Positions 37,859 to 52,400 of a stretch of 64,000 bases of DNA are shown here, piece after piece; position 1 is the first letter of the stretch, and each line of letters opens with the position of its first letter. The stretch is from Balanoglossus misakiensis (lineage: Eukaryota; Animalia; Hemichordata). The notes under the pieces are model-generated. The model was not told the DNA's origin. It made no database searches and worked only from the letters and a program-made list of their open reading frames with translations. Both the position numbers and the translations under genes were made by a program. The stretch is taken from assembly GCA_040954595.2 (NCBI GenBank), contig CM082578.2, forward strand, positions 10,981,166 through 11,045,165, written 5' to 3'.

Positions 37859-40800
37859 GCTTTCACGTGTCAGCTTACTCGCTCAGCTGAAGTGACAGGG
37901 ATGTTGACCTTTGACATGCAAGTGATACGCACCGTACGTGCACGTCCTCGTCTTGACCCTGAGAACGAACATGTCCACGATTTTTCTTTCAAACTAAGAC
38001 TGGTCCACTTAAATAAGCTTACTGATGGGTCACATTCATGAATATTATCTTGACCCCATTGCAAGCAATCAGCCATTTAAATTCACTTTTACACAGTAGC
38101 ATCTTCAGATTTGCCACGTTTGGCACCACTTCGCTGTTGAAGTTTTCCACGAACAGGGCCCGGCCCGGCAAGATGAGAGAAAGTATCTGGAAAACGCATG
38201 TTTGGCGCTACTACGTTACACAAAACAGTATAAACGTCTACAGCACTAAAATACGAAAGGATAATGCATAGGTTTAGTGTTTTATTCCTAAATACTGGAT
38301 ATCACGCCCGGGGTGGGGCACCACAGCACGCCACGGCATGACACCCGATAAGTTACAGGAAAAAAACAAACGACCATCAACAAAACGACCGTTGGTGTGA
38401 TGGCGCTGTATTCGTTGACATATACTACTGCCCGCGATCCACACGACTCTCATTTTGATCCAAACATTCAGGTTTATCAGCTACACGAATGCTGCAGTGA
38501 ACCACAGACTCAACTTCTTCCAGTATCATCACCTTATATAGTAATCAAATTATCGATCCGACATCGATGACCCTCACCAAATAAAACACCTAATGCAGAA
38601 ATTTCCTCTATTTTAATTGTGTAGGTTATGTGGAGTCGTTAAGATGTCTTCATACCATCGGTGATAGCTATATTACTCCTTGTATAATTTAATAGCTCCT
38701 GGGAAGAAAACGGAAGCGTATATATAGTTGATTAGATTTGTTCAATTAAATTCGATGCCGTTCCTTGCTGCATTGCTGTATCAAGGCTAAAGTAATAACC
38801 GGCGTGTAGCCTGCTTTGTATCTAGTCAACACAACGGTCGCGCCAGTCTATTGGTTTTTTCTTATTCAAGAAGGCACAACGGATTTTATTTTACAATCCG
38901 ACCAAGGTTAATGTTTCAGAACTTTGCCTCAAGTCATCGTATAAATGGATTAAGCAGACATGTAGATTTACTCACTGACTGTACGAGATTTGATAATGTT
39001 GGTACATTTATTCGTGTCAAGTCAACCTTTTCAAATGTTAACGAAATGAATTGAACAGGTGCAACGCGGTTCGCTTATATGGCGAAGAAAACGACTCTCT
39101 CGGGGACCTCATATTGACTGCGTCAGGTTTGAAGCATCCCTTGTGAGAAGAAGACTTTATCATAGAAAACAGATAAAGACTATATCTAATATGTTACAGC
39201 TATAAATTGCTGGCATTTACACGGTTTAACTCGACATATACATGACTTGGCATATATTACACATTTCTATTGCGCACTTATCATCGTTCAACTAGACTAA
39301 ATAACAAATCGTGGCCTGTGATACAGAGATCTTGAGATCTCATTAATACTCCCTGGCAGTGCAGAAATGGCGGAAATTTGTCGGAATCGACGGCAAACGA
39401 GACATTAATTTCATTGTGTGTATGTACACGTTTCTTCGCTTGTAATCAGATAATGGGTTCGAGTCGAGTCGCCAGAGCGTGCGAGAGGGAACTGCAACAT
39501 TTTACATCGCTCTAGCGGCATCTTCTTGGCGTTATTTTGATGATTTTAGTTACTTCCCGAGCGTTAGCTTATTTTATTGTAAATAGTGATCAACAATTCG
39601 TTGTTGTGACACCGTACCGTTTTGCTGTTATCAAAATGTATAGGCAAACATTTCGCGTTTTGATAAGCGCCACAGCGAACATGGCGTAAGAGTTACCCTA
39701 AAATCGCCTCCGAGATTTTGTAAACAAAAAATGAATCTGCATTCTTCTGTCGAACTAGTTTACTTGATATGAAGGACAGAATTAAACTTCAAGCTATTAT
39801 TCGGGCAGAGTTGATTTCTTCATGGGCAGCGCCCGTCATTAATCAGTTTACGCAACCTGTCCATCGATCTCACTTTAGCGGGAAATGTAAATTTATCTTC
39901 CGTGTGCTGGCTAAAAACTATCGGGGGACGCGCAATGAATTGTCAACGGTGTGAAAGTCGGGGGAGAACTTCTCGCTTTTGAAACTGTTATATCATGTAT
40001 GCATCGATCGAAAATTGAACGATCAAATTCTAACATCGCGCAGGTCCAACTCCCTTGAGTCGTTGCGGAGAATCAGAAACTAATGAACTAAATGCATGTC
40101 GTCGAGACACAGCAAATCGCCGCTGCTGTTTCTGTATTCCGAATCATCTTATGTCTTCAGTCACATAATTTACAAATGTCCAGAGGCAATAAACTCAACT
40201 CATTAAATGGAAACTGGTGACAGATGCGCCCAATTATATGTTGTTAGAATGTTTTTCTGGCGACTAAGTGGATTTGATATCACGATTTTCCCCTGCATAT
40301 ATATACTTTCAAGTACAGTTCAAACAATGTCAAGTGAGAACGCGTGCCAATAAAGCGTGAAAGTACGCAGTAATTTTTGTTCGCAATTAAGTTTACCTTC
40401 ATTGCCGTAAGTTTGAAACTTCAAGACTGCGCCGCAGGGTTATGTTATAAATCAAGTTTTCCACGTTGCGTTAGCGAGCTGACGACGACGAAAGTTCCGG
40501 GTTGATACGATATATTATGGGATGTATTCACTCGTATCCGTGGTTCAATCACAATCCCTCTTGCATGCACTACCGCCATCGCTTGTACAGTGTACAGTGT
40601 TTTAAATTCTTTTTCTAGAGTTCCCTTAGTCTCGTCATGAGACTTTCAGGCCTATGCTCCGCAAGTGACGTGAAACGCGAAACTTCGGGCTGAATCGATC
40701 GTTCGCATTCGACGCATGTGTCATTGCGTAATGTTTACCGGTGATGCAAACCGACAAGGGAAGACATGGACGATGACGTCACCAAGGTGTAAATGGTTTG

Positions 40801-42820
40801 TTTACGAATACGTTCACCGCACCCTCGGTGGTTACATCACTCAAAGTGATAGAGATGATATTTCATTACATTGCCTTGACAACAAAGCCACTTTCGACCT
40901 CCAACGCGCGTTTTTAATTTTGATTCACGCGATTCCTCAAGCGACGTTATCCTTCATGCGTAACTGAATGACAGAGCTCAATAACACCACAAAACGGCAG
41001 CCGCCGAAACAAATGGGCATCACGTGACAGTTGCTGATGAGACGTTCCAGGATGAGTGCGTCTGAGGTCAACATGAATTTTCGTTTTCTTAAAAGTTGGG
41101 CCACTGTATAAATCAGCATCAGTTATCCCACTGTGTTAATTTATCGCAAACATACCGCTGGTGGCGCACTTTATTTGACCCGACTTAGATGCAAAGCGAG
41201 TTCACGGCGAGCTGGGCCAAAGGTCATTATCGCCATAACTACCACAATACACAAAACGGGGCCCGCGCCACCGCCTTCTCGTACCACCACCTGTCACGCA
41301 TGGAATCCGGCCATATCTACACCAGGATCAGAGCAACTCGTTTTCCAAATCCTTTGGTGATTTACAGCCGACGGGGAACAGGTGGGTGAGGCTTGAGGCT
41401 GGCCTGGCCAATGCAATGGTCGGTGTACCGCACAGTGTTAATTATAATGGTCAATCCAGTCACCAGAGGTTATAATAATAGCAACAGACATAGAACGCAT
41501 AACTGTATATAGATCGCCGGGCAACAGTGTCACGCACGCCGAAAGATACGTCATGAGCGAGACACGGGTTTCGGGTGAATATTAGGTCACACGATATAGG
41601 CCTAGGTTGCTAGTCAGCAGTATTGCCATTTAATATACTTAAATTCGTTTTCGCCATTGTGAGTATTCAATGTGAAGGTTGGCCACAACCTTGACCTTGG
41701 GTTCTTCACCCTTTTCACTCGACAATTCACACAGATATTCTTTTCACTGATATAAAAGGCACCCCTACACAGAATTGGAAATAGGCCTGACGTATAACAA
41801 GACATTGAATGGCATAGGTCCCTAGTCCGAGTCCCCTGTTAAGCATTGGAGTGAAATGAAATTGATCACTGAGTTCATGTGTGCGAAATGGCCCTGAAAA
41901 TGTTTCTAACTAAGAATTTTGTATGTTTTATGTACCTTTTCCTTTCGTTGTACTAAGGAAGGTCATAGATGCGGCACTTGACTTGGAAATCTCATAAAAA
42001 ACGAGTAGATAGTGGTAGTCATCACTTGGATGGTCCTCACTAATAGACGCTTCGGTTCAAATGAATCAAACCGGGCAAATTTTGAGAAATAAATTTATAA
42101 CAAAATCGTTAGCAAGCAGCCATCTCAATTCTCCGTAACCACATAATGCACGTGATTCCCTAGCCAAGGTGAACTGAAAGTGAAAGTGTCGAAAAGCTTA
42201 CGGAAGTTGAAAGACGTGATTTCGGATCGTATATAACATTTCATGAACGCACGAGGTTTGATAGAAAGAAACACTTTACCCGTGATTCAGTCCTCTCTGC
42301 CAATGTATTAAGAGTCGTGTCACGGGGTAAAAACAATCCTTCCCGAGATTCAAACGATATTACTCATGTGAAGCCATGCAAAACGCCATCAAAAATGTAT
42401 CAACACCGATCAGAGAGGTTGCGTCAGTTAAAATGGGGTTTCCAGGCTGAGCCATAAAGAAGCAATGATAAAAAAAAACACCGAGTAGCTGCTCTTTTCC
42501 CCGGAAACTCGTCATCCATCTGTAGATGTTATAGTGATGCAACAGTACACCAACACTCGACACTGTCGCCCCATTTCAAATACATGTATTAACAACCAGC
42601 GCAACCCAGTACTTCAAATCTCGCTTTGTTTTGGACACAATGGGTACTACAGAATGCGGCCCACGTAATGTTTGCTATGCGCATTGGCGGGCCCTTGTCT
42701 CAAATTGGCTAATTCTTTTATACGTGTGTAAAGAATAGTCACAGCTCCGGTGAGCAATGTTCCAGTCTACAACTCAAAGCTGAGTTTTACTTTTTCTTAT
42801 TTTTATTTTAAAGGTATGCG

Positions 42821-45800
42821 ATGGTACGGAGGAATGTCAAGTTCGGTATAGAAACAAACAGAACCTTGAGACGCGAAATCGGCCAATCACGCCCCAACAC
42901 GTGTTTTTACATAGATAAGAGGCTGAGAATCCCAGAAAATTATACTTCTCAAGAGACAGCATGGCTAGTGCAAACAGTGACGGATGGAGACCACCTCTAC
43001 GACGGAAATTTATCACCGAACATCGAAAATGGTACGTGTTTGCGTGGACTGTAAATCATATGCTTATGTGTCGTATCATATAATTTTATTTCCAGACATT
43101 AAACGGGTTAAGTGGGAACCGAGAGCTCTTTTCATCATCTTAAAAAATTAAAGTGGTTTTAGTAGTTGTAACAAACTTGCCCGGTGGTGTCTGTCCAAGT
43201 GGACGATATCGCCAAAGTTTCGTCTCGAAATTGCGAGTCGTCACGGTACCCAGAGATGCGGTTCGTGGGAACCGCGCAACCTGCTCGTCTGTACCTTCTG
43301 TAGGAGCAATTTTAGCAGAGGGTAACCCAATTATTTCTGGAAATCCATTTACTAACCACTGCTTATAGAGTTCGTGGTGGCAGAGGATCCTGGGGTAAAA
43401 TAATTGCCCATAATCCCTACCTTGATTCTATCTACCGTTTCTAGTGGCGACTGGACAGCGGGGTAGGAAGAGGCTTTTCCCCGCGAAAGGGCTCCTTTAG
43501 CTCTGCTGCGTGTTATGCTACTAATGGAATTCACCCGATGGCGGTCTGGAAATTGCTCTTCTTTCTGTCATCTCGTCTCTCGTTCGCAGAGTGTGGCTTT
43601 CGATTGCGGAAGAGTGGTTGAAAACTTTTTTTTTAAATATCGCGTTGCTGAACTTCTGAAGTTGAGAACGCGCTTTAAGAGCACGTTTTTTTATCGCTCA
43701 TTGTCAACTGAAGCAGCGAGCCCCCTTTTATTGAAATATGAAGGGACGCTCCTTTAATCCATTTTGGTGCATGAACATCAGTTATTAAAAGTTATCACAC
43801 GCAAAGTTGACGACAGTTGAGTTGTTCAGTGTTAGCGCTATAGCAACTTGTAGAGCTAGAGTATTTCGTTCGGGGGTTTTGCTGTCACGGTTGAGCACCT
43901 TGGTGTATACATGTATCATCATTAAGTCGGCGTATACTCACTTCAACCACCACGTATTCTCAGGTTTCATCATACAATCCGTGACAAAGTAGACGCACTC
44001 TGGTCATTGGTGTTTCAAGAGACCATTTTCCGAACTCCGCGAGATCTCGCGTGGATATGCAGTTATTCGAGGGAGATTCTCCAATACGTGCGACACAGGG
44101 ACAGGCAACGCATTCTAGTTTCACACAAAGCTTGGCGTCTATCACTCGGCTACATTAATTAATTGCGAGATTTCTCATTATGAGTGGAAAATCATCCATT
44201 CATAATGTCTGAATAGTATTGAAACACGCAGCTATGCCTAGGCCTATATTCATTGCAATTTACCAGTAAATTGGCAAGGTAGGCCTAATTGCAAAATTTC
44301 ACTGTGGTTATTGACATGGAACTGCATAGTGTCTCTCATTATACATACAAAGGAGAATACAAAATCCACAATTAAAAAAAATGACAACACTTTAAATTGT
44401 ACTGAACGCACATCCTATGATTGTCTGGGTGTGAAATAAAGTTGTTACTGTAGTAATTAGATGGGGCGGCTGGTGCCTGGTGAGCAAAGACAGGTGGAGG
44501 GTGGGGGAGACGGTGAGGAAAGACGTCGATAGACTGACTCCGTTAACCAGACAAGCAGACTGACACTTTGCTAAAGAAAACAGACAAGCGCAGACTCTGA
44601 TTAAAACGAGACAGAGAAGCCTTGACAAGAACGTAAGATAAAACACGCGTGCTGGGATCGGGAGAATCATGTTCTATGCATTTTGTATTCATGAATGAGA
44701 CATGCCATCACCAATCGACCGTACAAACGCCGGTGTTCTCGTTCCGACAGTCCGCCCTCTCTAGCTGTGTTTGTCCTTGAGATTGACTTTGTGCCTTCAT
44801 TTCAAGACCCCGCAATATCGGCGTATATAATAGTACCAGTATTTACTCTTAAATGCACTTCCGCGGCCTCTTTACTGCAGTCTCGCAATTCCCATCATTA
44901 TTTTTCCAGGTTATTAATTTAAACGCCTGCAATTACGAGAAACATTGCGGCGGCGACGGGAATGCTTACTGCGAAAAGAGAAACCGACGACGCAGTTGTC
45001 TTGGTTACGCGAACCGGTGCAACAGTGCGTTATTATATACATTTACGCAACAAGAACACTGTTTTGTTTATACCGCTCTGTCGTGAGTGGTATCAAAAAG
45101 AAAATATTGCGGATATTCTGGTTTATTGGTTTATTTTATTACTGTCGGTTGAAGCACCTGAACCGGTGTTAATCTTCCTTGCAGTACGTGCTGCCGTTGT
45201 TGGTGGTCGAAATCGCGTTTATTCGTGTTTGTTCGGACGAAAGTAATTCCGAACGTGAGAAATGACAGTGCAGTCACGGGGTAAACTTTTGACAGGACTG
45301 ATGTTGTGACCAACTTTATGAACTGTTCAAAACATAACGCGGCCAAAACAAAATAAACGAGCCTTTCAACGCTAGTACGTATAGGTTAATGCACAATTGA
45401 ATTTTTTAACCGAAATGGCTGCTGCCTCAGAAATGTTTGAGAATAACTTTTCTTGTTTTTTCTTGTGTTGCTTAGGTTTTGCCAAGAGCATTCTTGGCGG
45501 CGGGGTACATTACAGCATGAACAAGATGGGGAGGTGGTGTCTTCCAGAATTACTGAAAAACTACGTCACGCAAATGCAATATTTCACTGATGGCTATTTT
45601 CAAGATGGCGACGTTGACGACAGGGTGAAAGTGACTTTAGTGGAGCACGAAACGTCTCCCCTGTTGACGGACCGCAATGCAGACTGTGTCGGGATTTACG
45701 AAACCCACACCGACAAACCTGAAAAACTCCCCACCAAACGTTGCTACTCATTCGGCGAAGATCTCCGGACGAAGCCGAACCCTCCCCGATGGACCAAAAT

Positions 45801-48800
45801 TGACCGGAAAAATCCGATCAAGTCTGAGAAAAAGCAAATTTCGTCGCAAGAAAAAGATGCGGACGTCGAGGTTGAACCGGAAGAAGTTCGTCCGGAAGTA
45901 TTGTATGACGTCTTCTATGCTCGCTCACAAGGCAGCTACCCGATGTACAGAAGCAGTAGACCTGATCTCGACAATCCACCAACAAGTAAGATACCCACAC
46001 TGCATTTGTTTCTGAAAATAAAAATGTAAACCTCGAAGAGATTTTCAGAAGAAATGTGAACTTAAAGCAGTTCCTTCAACAATGTCAAGTTTGTGTAAAC
46101 TTACATTAACTTTGATATTCACTAAAAGAAGCAGGGATAGCCATTTTGGTTTTCACAGTTGATATATCCCGATATTTGTAACCTTTAGCGATCTGTAATA
46201 TTTGTCTTTGTGAAATATTTAATTGATGGAATTGCGTAAGTGTGGCTGCTGGTCGCATGGATCGATGGGCCCTGGATTGATGGATGGATGCATGTAGTAG
46301 TGAGGATGGATGGTCCCGTCGCAATCGACGGGTGATACATTACTTGTTGTTTTGGACACAGACAATTCGTCCAGTCATTGTGCATGTGAATGTGCTTGAA
46401 TATTGCGTGCGTGGAGTACACGCGTAGCCGAATAGAGTAGTAAATACAGAACAAACAGCTTGCATTTAGATGGGTCGGGTCCAACGCAGCCTTTTTTAGC
46501 AATCTCTTCCAGCAGGGAGTCTCCTCGATCTGTTTTAATCAACCATTCCCAAGCAATCTGTATTAATCACGGCGAAGTTACTGCTCAGCCTTGACCCGAC
46601 AATGTCAGCAAATTTCTATTCCCTTTTTATTAAAGAAATAAGCGTATTTCCATCAAAGAGTTCTGAAAAGGACAACCTCGGAAAGAAATCACTTTTTTGG
46701 ATTTATTTACTTTGCTTCCGGGCAAAGAATGATTCGCCGCTCGACGAAATGAAATACGATGGGCAATTTTCCCGACCCGATGAAAAAACGATGCCGTCAG
46801 CAATACTGTCTCTTATAGGCAGTGCCAGCACACATCAGCATACGTCTGTTCGAATGCATAATATCTTTTCTGAAAACTCTTTGAAATATTTCATATCGTG
46901 CACGACCCCCGTCACCCCGAATTCATTTACGCTTTTTTATGTACAGAGCCGTGAGATACGCGCGTCTTCAAATTAAACCCCTTTGAAGCTATTTGGATAT
47001 CGCCAAAAAAGAAGGGCGGTTCCAATTTATATGGTAAAACCCTGCTTGGAGGAAAATAATGGGGAGAGACTGAAATATGACGACCCTTGTACATTTCCAC
47101 ACCTGATGAAATACAGCGCGGGGGCGACAGGTCGCGCAATCTCGATAATGATACCTTTCATTATTCACACATTCTTTTAATCATTGCGCATGCACAGGAC
47201 GTTCCAAGTCGTCTGGCAAGGCTAAAGGACAAAAGGAGAAAAATTACCACCACCGGACCGGTTACCATAGAAACGAACTACAGGCCCGCCACTGGAGGGA
47301 CTACTATGACGACGTTTACTGTAATTACGATCTGTGGGATGATGATGATGCGGACGAAGAGATTGAAGACGAGGACTTGAGATGTTACGTAATCCCAAGT
47401 CGACAGACGGAAGTTGGAAATGGAGATGACCAGAACAAGGAAACGGAGCCGGAGGTACCGTAGATAATTTATCCATTAGTTCTTTTTCGAGTAGTATTGT
47501 GCGTGGGGAAAAAACAACGGCATTCAGAAAAAAATAATGGCAAAAATTTGTTGTTAACTATACCTTCGTAATATAAAAAGTATAAATTCACACGAACTTA
47601 ACTTCCACATTTTGTAGGTACTACAATAATACTAGTATGGTCTTCCTGCATTACGGTGGGATGTAGAATATGAAACGACTGTCTCTCCTGTTTCGGACAG
47701 ACAGACAGAAAGAAAGCATCACGTCTCTAACGATTCTTGATTTCCCTCTGATGTCGGCAGACACTCGAGGTGAAGACGCCGCCGACGGACCCCCAACCCA
47801 GCGTTCCATCATTGGTGTGCAGTAAGTGCGGGAAAAACAAGCATGTGTCTGTCGATCATGACAAGCTTGCGGACGCCGTCACCCTCATCCTCGAATGTGA
47901 CGACTCCGAGGATTCCGGGCAGAATCACGGGGCTGTACACGACGAACCACACAAGGTACATACACACAAAGTCTTTGTAATTATGAAGCGCGTCGTTACG
48001 ATGGCAACACATCTCCGAAACACACTCATTAACGACATATAACCGATACATGATGAGTTAAGTGCCCTACTTAACTGGTCAGGCGTTTGCCTTTACTAAT
48101 ACTAATATAATAATGGTGACGACGACGATGATGATGGTGGTGGTGGTGGTGTTGGTGATGGTGACGATTTTCCGTAAATTGATTTCTAAGTTGTCAACCC
48201 CAACCCATCTAAATTTATTTTATCCGATACTCAACTTTTGATTTTCACTTTTTGTGAGTATAATCCGTTTCCTCAGTAGCCACTAAACCCATTCTGCCAG
48301 ACACCGATCGACCAAGAATCCACGTATTAGCTTCAACAAGCAAATGATTGATTGATTAAAGGATGCACACACAGGTGACTGCCACAGAGCGCGCATATTT
48401 CAACATTTCTCCCTGCGGACAAAGTGAACATTCACCACGTATAACAAAATCTACACCATTTTCTTCTTCAACAGCTCAATGGTCCTGTCATCGATTACGT
48501 GAGATCTGGCTGGTTGTTTTATTTGACTCGGAATGCGATGGAAAGTCTTAAGATGCTGGTTGAGGAGGCGGCGAACCGGGGAGGCGGGCGCCGTCTTCTA
48601 ATCGCAAGTCTTGTGGGAGATGCCCAAGATGTTGATGAAGCGTTGGGCGAAATTATCACAACTCTGAACAGTCACTTAGGAATATCTAGACATGTTGCAG
48701 ATAAAGCGGACGGAATTTCCCGCCAAGAAACTCCAGGCGCTCAATCCCCTCCCGTCAAAGTCAACTCCCCCGATCGAATAGCTTCGGGTGTCCGATCAGA

Positions 48801-49494
48801 CAGGCGGACTCGGAACGTCGGTGATGCGAAAAGTACCCCCTCGCCACGACCGGCTTCAAGTTCAAAAGCAGTCGATAACCTCAACTTTTGGGTTGTGGGC
48901 ATCTCAGCTCCCATTGTATCCAGGTCACCGAGAAAGACTCGTGTTAGTTCGGTGACAAAGAGCGCCTTGAAGCAACCATCGACCCGCTTGGAAGTGTCGA
49001 CGCTGTCGCCCGTGTCGTTTCGCTTCCCCACCCCTCCCCCCGAGCCCCCGAGCACGCAACAGAAGGCGCGCAGCAGACTCTACCGACGGGGAAAGCACGC
49101 CCGGATGTCCGGCGGCGGGAAGACCCCTTCTGTCGTCAGGGGCGCCGCTGGATCATTCTCGCTTGAGAGCGCATCTTTCGACGAACTGGCCAGCGAGGAC
49201 GCCAGTTTGACGGTCGTGGGAATCCCGACAATCATGTCCCCGCGCAGCAGCCACAAGGGAAGCTGTAGCCTCCCTACCCTGTCGGTCAGCGCAGCTTTCG
49301 GCTTGAACTACCAAACTCCGTCCCGTTCCAGCCTGCAACAGGACCTCAGACATCGAAGCATTTCGCCCGCCAAACTACCTCCGATAGTTCGGCTGGAAAG
49401 GGCAAGGTTCAAACCGAAGCCACCGAATGCTCGCGAGTTGGCCAAAAGACACAACTATTCATTGACAAGAAATCCCCCAAAACATCTCAGTTAA
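42821..49494 (+). CDS. Uncharacterised ~730-aa protein; join(42821..43031,45476..45985,47198..47454,47761..47955,48475..49494)
   Basis: Five exons with GT-AG ends and phases 1,1,0,0 that join into one 2193-nt ORF. It has an acidic DDDDADEEIEDED stretch, one CSKC, and a Ser/Pro/Arg-rich C-terminal region. No family recognised; the N-terminus may be incomplete. Confidence 0.72.
45476..45985 (+). CDS. Exon 2 of the ~730-aa unknown protein
   Basis: Acceptor tgcttag|, donor a|gtaaga; lies within ORF 45397..46029. Confidence 0.72.
48114..48166. repeat. Compound (GAC/GAT/GGT)n trinucleotide repeat, intronic
   Basis: Read directly. Confidence 0.8.
48475..49494 (+). CDS. Terminal exon of the ~730-aa unknown protein (340 codons including stop)
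   Basis: Acceptor ttcttcaacag|, in frame with ORF 48499..49494. Confidence 0.78.
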   Translation, partial: LNGPVIDYVRSGWLFYLTRNAMESLKMLVEEAANRGGGRRLLIASLVGDAQDVDEALGEIITTLNSHLGISRHVADKADGISRQETPGAQSPPVKVNSPDRIASGVRSDRRTRNVGDAKSTPSPRPASSSKAVDNLNFWVVGISAPIVSRSPRKTRVSSVTKSALKQPSTRLEVSTLSPVSFRFPTPPPEPPSTQQKARSRLYRRGKHARMSGGGKTPSVVRGAAGSFSLESASFDELASEDASLTVVGIPTIMSPRSSHKGSCSLPTLSVSAAFGLNYQTPSRSSLQQDLRHRSISPAKLPPIVRLERARFKPKPPNARELAKRHNYSLTRNPPKHLS

Positions 49495-52400
49495 AGTGAA
49501 ATACAAAACAATATACATTATGTGTATTATATTTTATTACATTAAGAGTTTCAAACAACTCACTCCTAGTCAAGCGCATCTTCGCCCCCCAAGGTCTTTG
49601 CTCGAGCAAACGATCCGTTGCGAGCGGACGATGAGTCAAGTGCAATTCAGTTGTCATCACTCAGGAAATTGTGCCACAGTTTTTACTCGTGCGAATACAT
49701 CAAATGTATTCCCTGTACTCCCATATATTATATATACAGTAGCTATATTTTTATAAAGGATTTTTTTTCTTTTGATCATGCGACAATCATTCTGTTGCTT
49801 CACATTGCAAGGTAACATCAACACGTGAATTAAAATCAACATATTCCGGACTGAGTCGTTGTTTTAATTCTCTGTTCTTTCGTATGTCTAAGCAGTACAT
49901 GTACATGTAACATGCCATGTCAACGTCCGTCTGGCTTAATGCACTTCACGATCACTATCTCGACCACATCAGTGGTTTTCAGATTCAACCTAAGGTTGAG
50001 CTGAATTTCCAACGTCACTGAGAGGCAATATTCGCCCACCCACCGCCCCAGGGCCAACTGTGCAGACCTGTCCGCGCGCCTTATTAGAGATCCCTCTGGT
50101 CGCCGCGAATGGTGGTGTAATCGCGGCCATCGCTACTTAAATTCAATTTATACCCGACGAGTCGATGCTTTTAGCAGTTCATCTTCGATTACTTGGGAAA
50201 TTCAAACACGGCAACGATATTAAGATGGTGATTTTGTCAAGTGTGTACTTTTACGTGTTTAAGTGGGTGCCAGCGCTCGTGTTGTGAGACGAAAGTGATT
50301 GGGATTGACGGCTTGCGCTGTCCACGTGCATTCCGGTACAAACGGCCTAAATGCTGCGTCAGCATTCAATGGTTATTATTTACTGTTATACAAAAGTTAA
50401 AAACCACGGGGAAGGGGGGTTCGCAAGTTGCGCCATGCAAAATATGACATCACTTTCTGGCCTGGCAAAACGAAACCCGTGTTAACGCTCGTCATTACCC
50501 CCCCCCCCCCCCAGCAATTCACTCACTTTTACGGCCCTTATTTCGCTAAGTGTGTCGAGTTTATCCCCCATAAAATAACAATCAAGCGCAACAGCGAAAC
50601 GACTTGCGGCGGTTTCCATTAACTTTGAGCTAATTCGTTTAATTTCCCAAACACGGAAGTATTTCATTTTTTTATGTAATTAACATAGTATATTACGATA
50701 ATTTGTTGTTTGGTGAAAATGGTGCACCAAACCAGCTAAATTTCAACTCATAAAATGTAGAAATTTGCGCAGATCGAATAAAAAGATATCTTGTACACAT
50801 GTTACTTGCCGTGTGATAAAAGATGCCATTGCGTGCATTCCGCGCTGGAACACACACACAAGATTAATGCTTGATTTAAAATGATTTCATGTCTGGTGTC
50901 GGTTCGCCTTTGTTGTTTAGAATCGGCGAAGGTGATTTACGACGAGAGGCCGGTGTGGATGATGCATCGCAGGATTCCGTACCACGCAATGCACATGAAC
51001 GATAAAGTTTTCTCGATCAGCAGGGGGGGTCAAGGGTCGCGAAAGCTCTCGCGCAGAAGTCCAACCACAGAGGACTGAACATCAATTTGCCAAGAAGCCG
51101 GAAATGGGGAAATGCTTGCAGTTTTTCATGCCTGTCAGTCACAAAGCATCTAAAATGTGCGAGAAGGTGCGCATTACACTCTTTCAGTTTTGATTACAGT
51201 GGTGTCGATTGAGGAGGACTCTGTTGTATCTTGTTATAAAGGGAGGTGGTCGCCCCATCTACATATTTTTTTTCGTAGTTTCATCTTAGATGGCTTTGGG
51301 GCTACGGAGAGCAGATCCCCCCTGGATCCGACGCCAAGGCGGATTCCGAAGCTGAGATTACACGCAAACGTTGATTTACTGTCTGTTTATAATGGCAAAG
51401 TGAATCTTTTATTACATCGATGCACTGCTTGCGTTTATTTCAATAAGACTCGCACACTCTTCTGCCAGAAGAAAAATCTGTCGGTGGGAAATAAATGAGC
51501 CAGGCCCCGCGATCCGTCGATGCCTATTACACAAATTGGATTAGAAAAGCCATCAAACAAGACTGTAAATATTCAATTTTACACCGTTGAACAAGCCAGT
51601 CGGTCGACGATGTCCATCAATTTCAATTTTCCCAGTGCCGTCACGTTTAAGTGAGGAGTTGCATATGTCCGCTTGGCTAGAAATCTTGATTAGGGATAGC
51701 AAAACAACACCCGCATTGAAACTGCCGTACAATATAAAGTAAACCTATCAATTCTGGCAGAGTGCTCGGATAATGATGACCACAGGATAATTTCACATGC
51801 TTGCCTACTTTGATGGAAGAATTTTATGTTGACAATTTTTCCCATTGAACAGGGCACGTTTTTGCTTTCATAAAACATTTTCCCGGCCATCTCCCGCGTG
51901 TATTTTTAGCTTGTCCGTTTGTCCACATTTAAGTTCATATTATTTATCAGCCGATAAGGGTTTACCAGTAAAGAACGCGTGTGTCTGATGGAATGGCTCC
52001 GTCCATTCCAACCACGTAGTCATGACGGCCGTGATACTGCGGAAATCAACCGTCTTGCAATTCGAGACGTTTGATGGATCTGATGAGTGACACTCGGACA
52101 CGTATTAATATTTCACGGCTCAGCAAGCAAGCTTTGTGAACGTTGGTTGACTTTACCAACAATCTGTATAAATGCCAATAATTGAAAACCCCTGCCAACA
52201 CTACTTTACATTTTATCTATGGGTACAAGGCGTGTAAAATATCAGCTTGAATTCATCCTGACGTGATCCCAACCCACGCTTACAAGTGTGAGTGGAATTC
52301 TTGAGAAGATGATGTAGAAAGGAGAGTAAAATTATTCTGCAGCCAAATCGCAATTATACATGTAAGCGTTGAGCAAGTCCAGTTTTAATCAATCAATCAC

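Noticed and set aside
39436-39475. gggttcgagtc B-box-like motif suggesting a tRNA or SINE
   Set aside because: No cloverleaf, A box or acceptor stem could be built.
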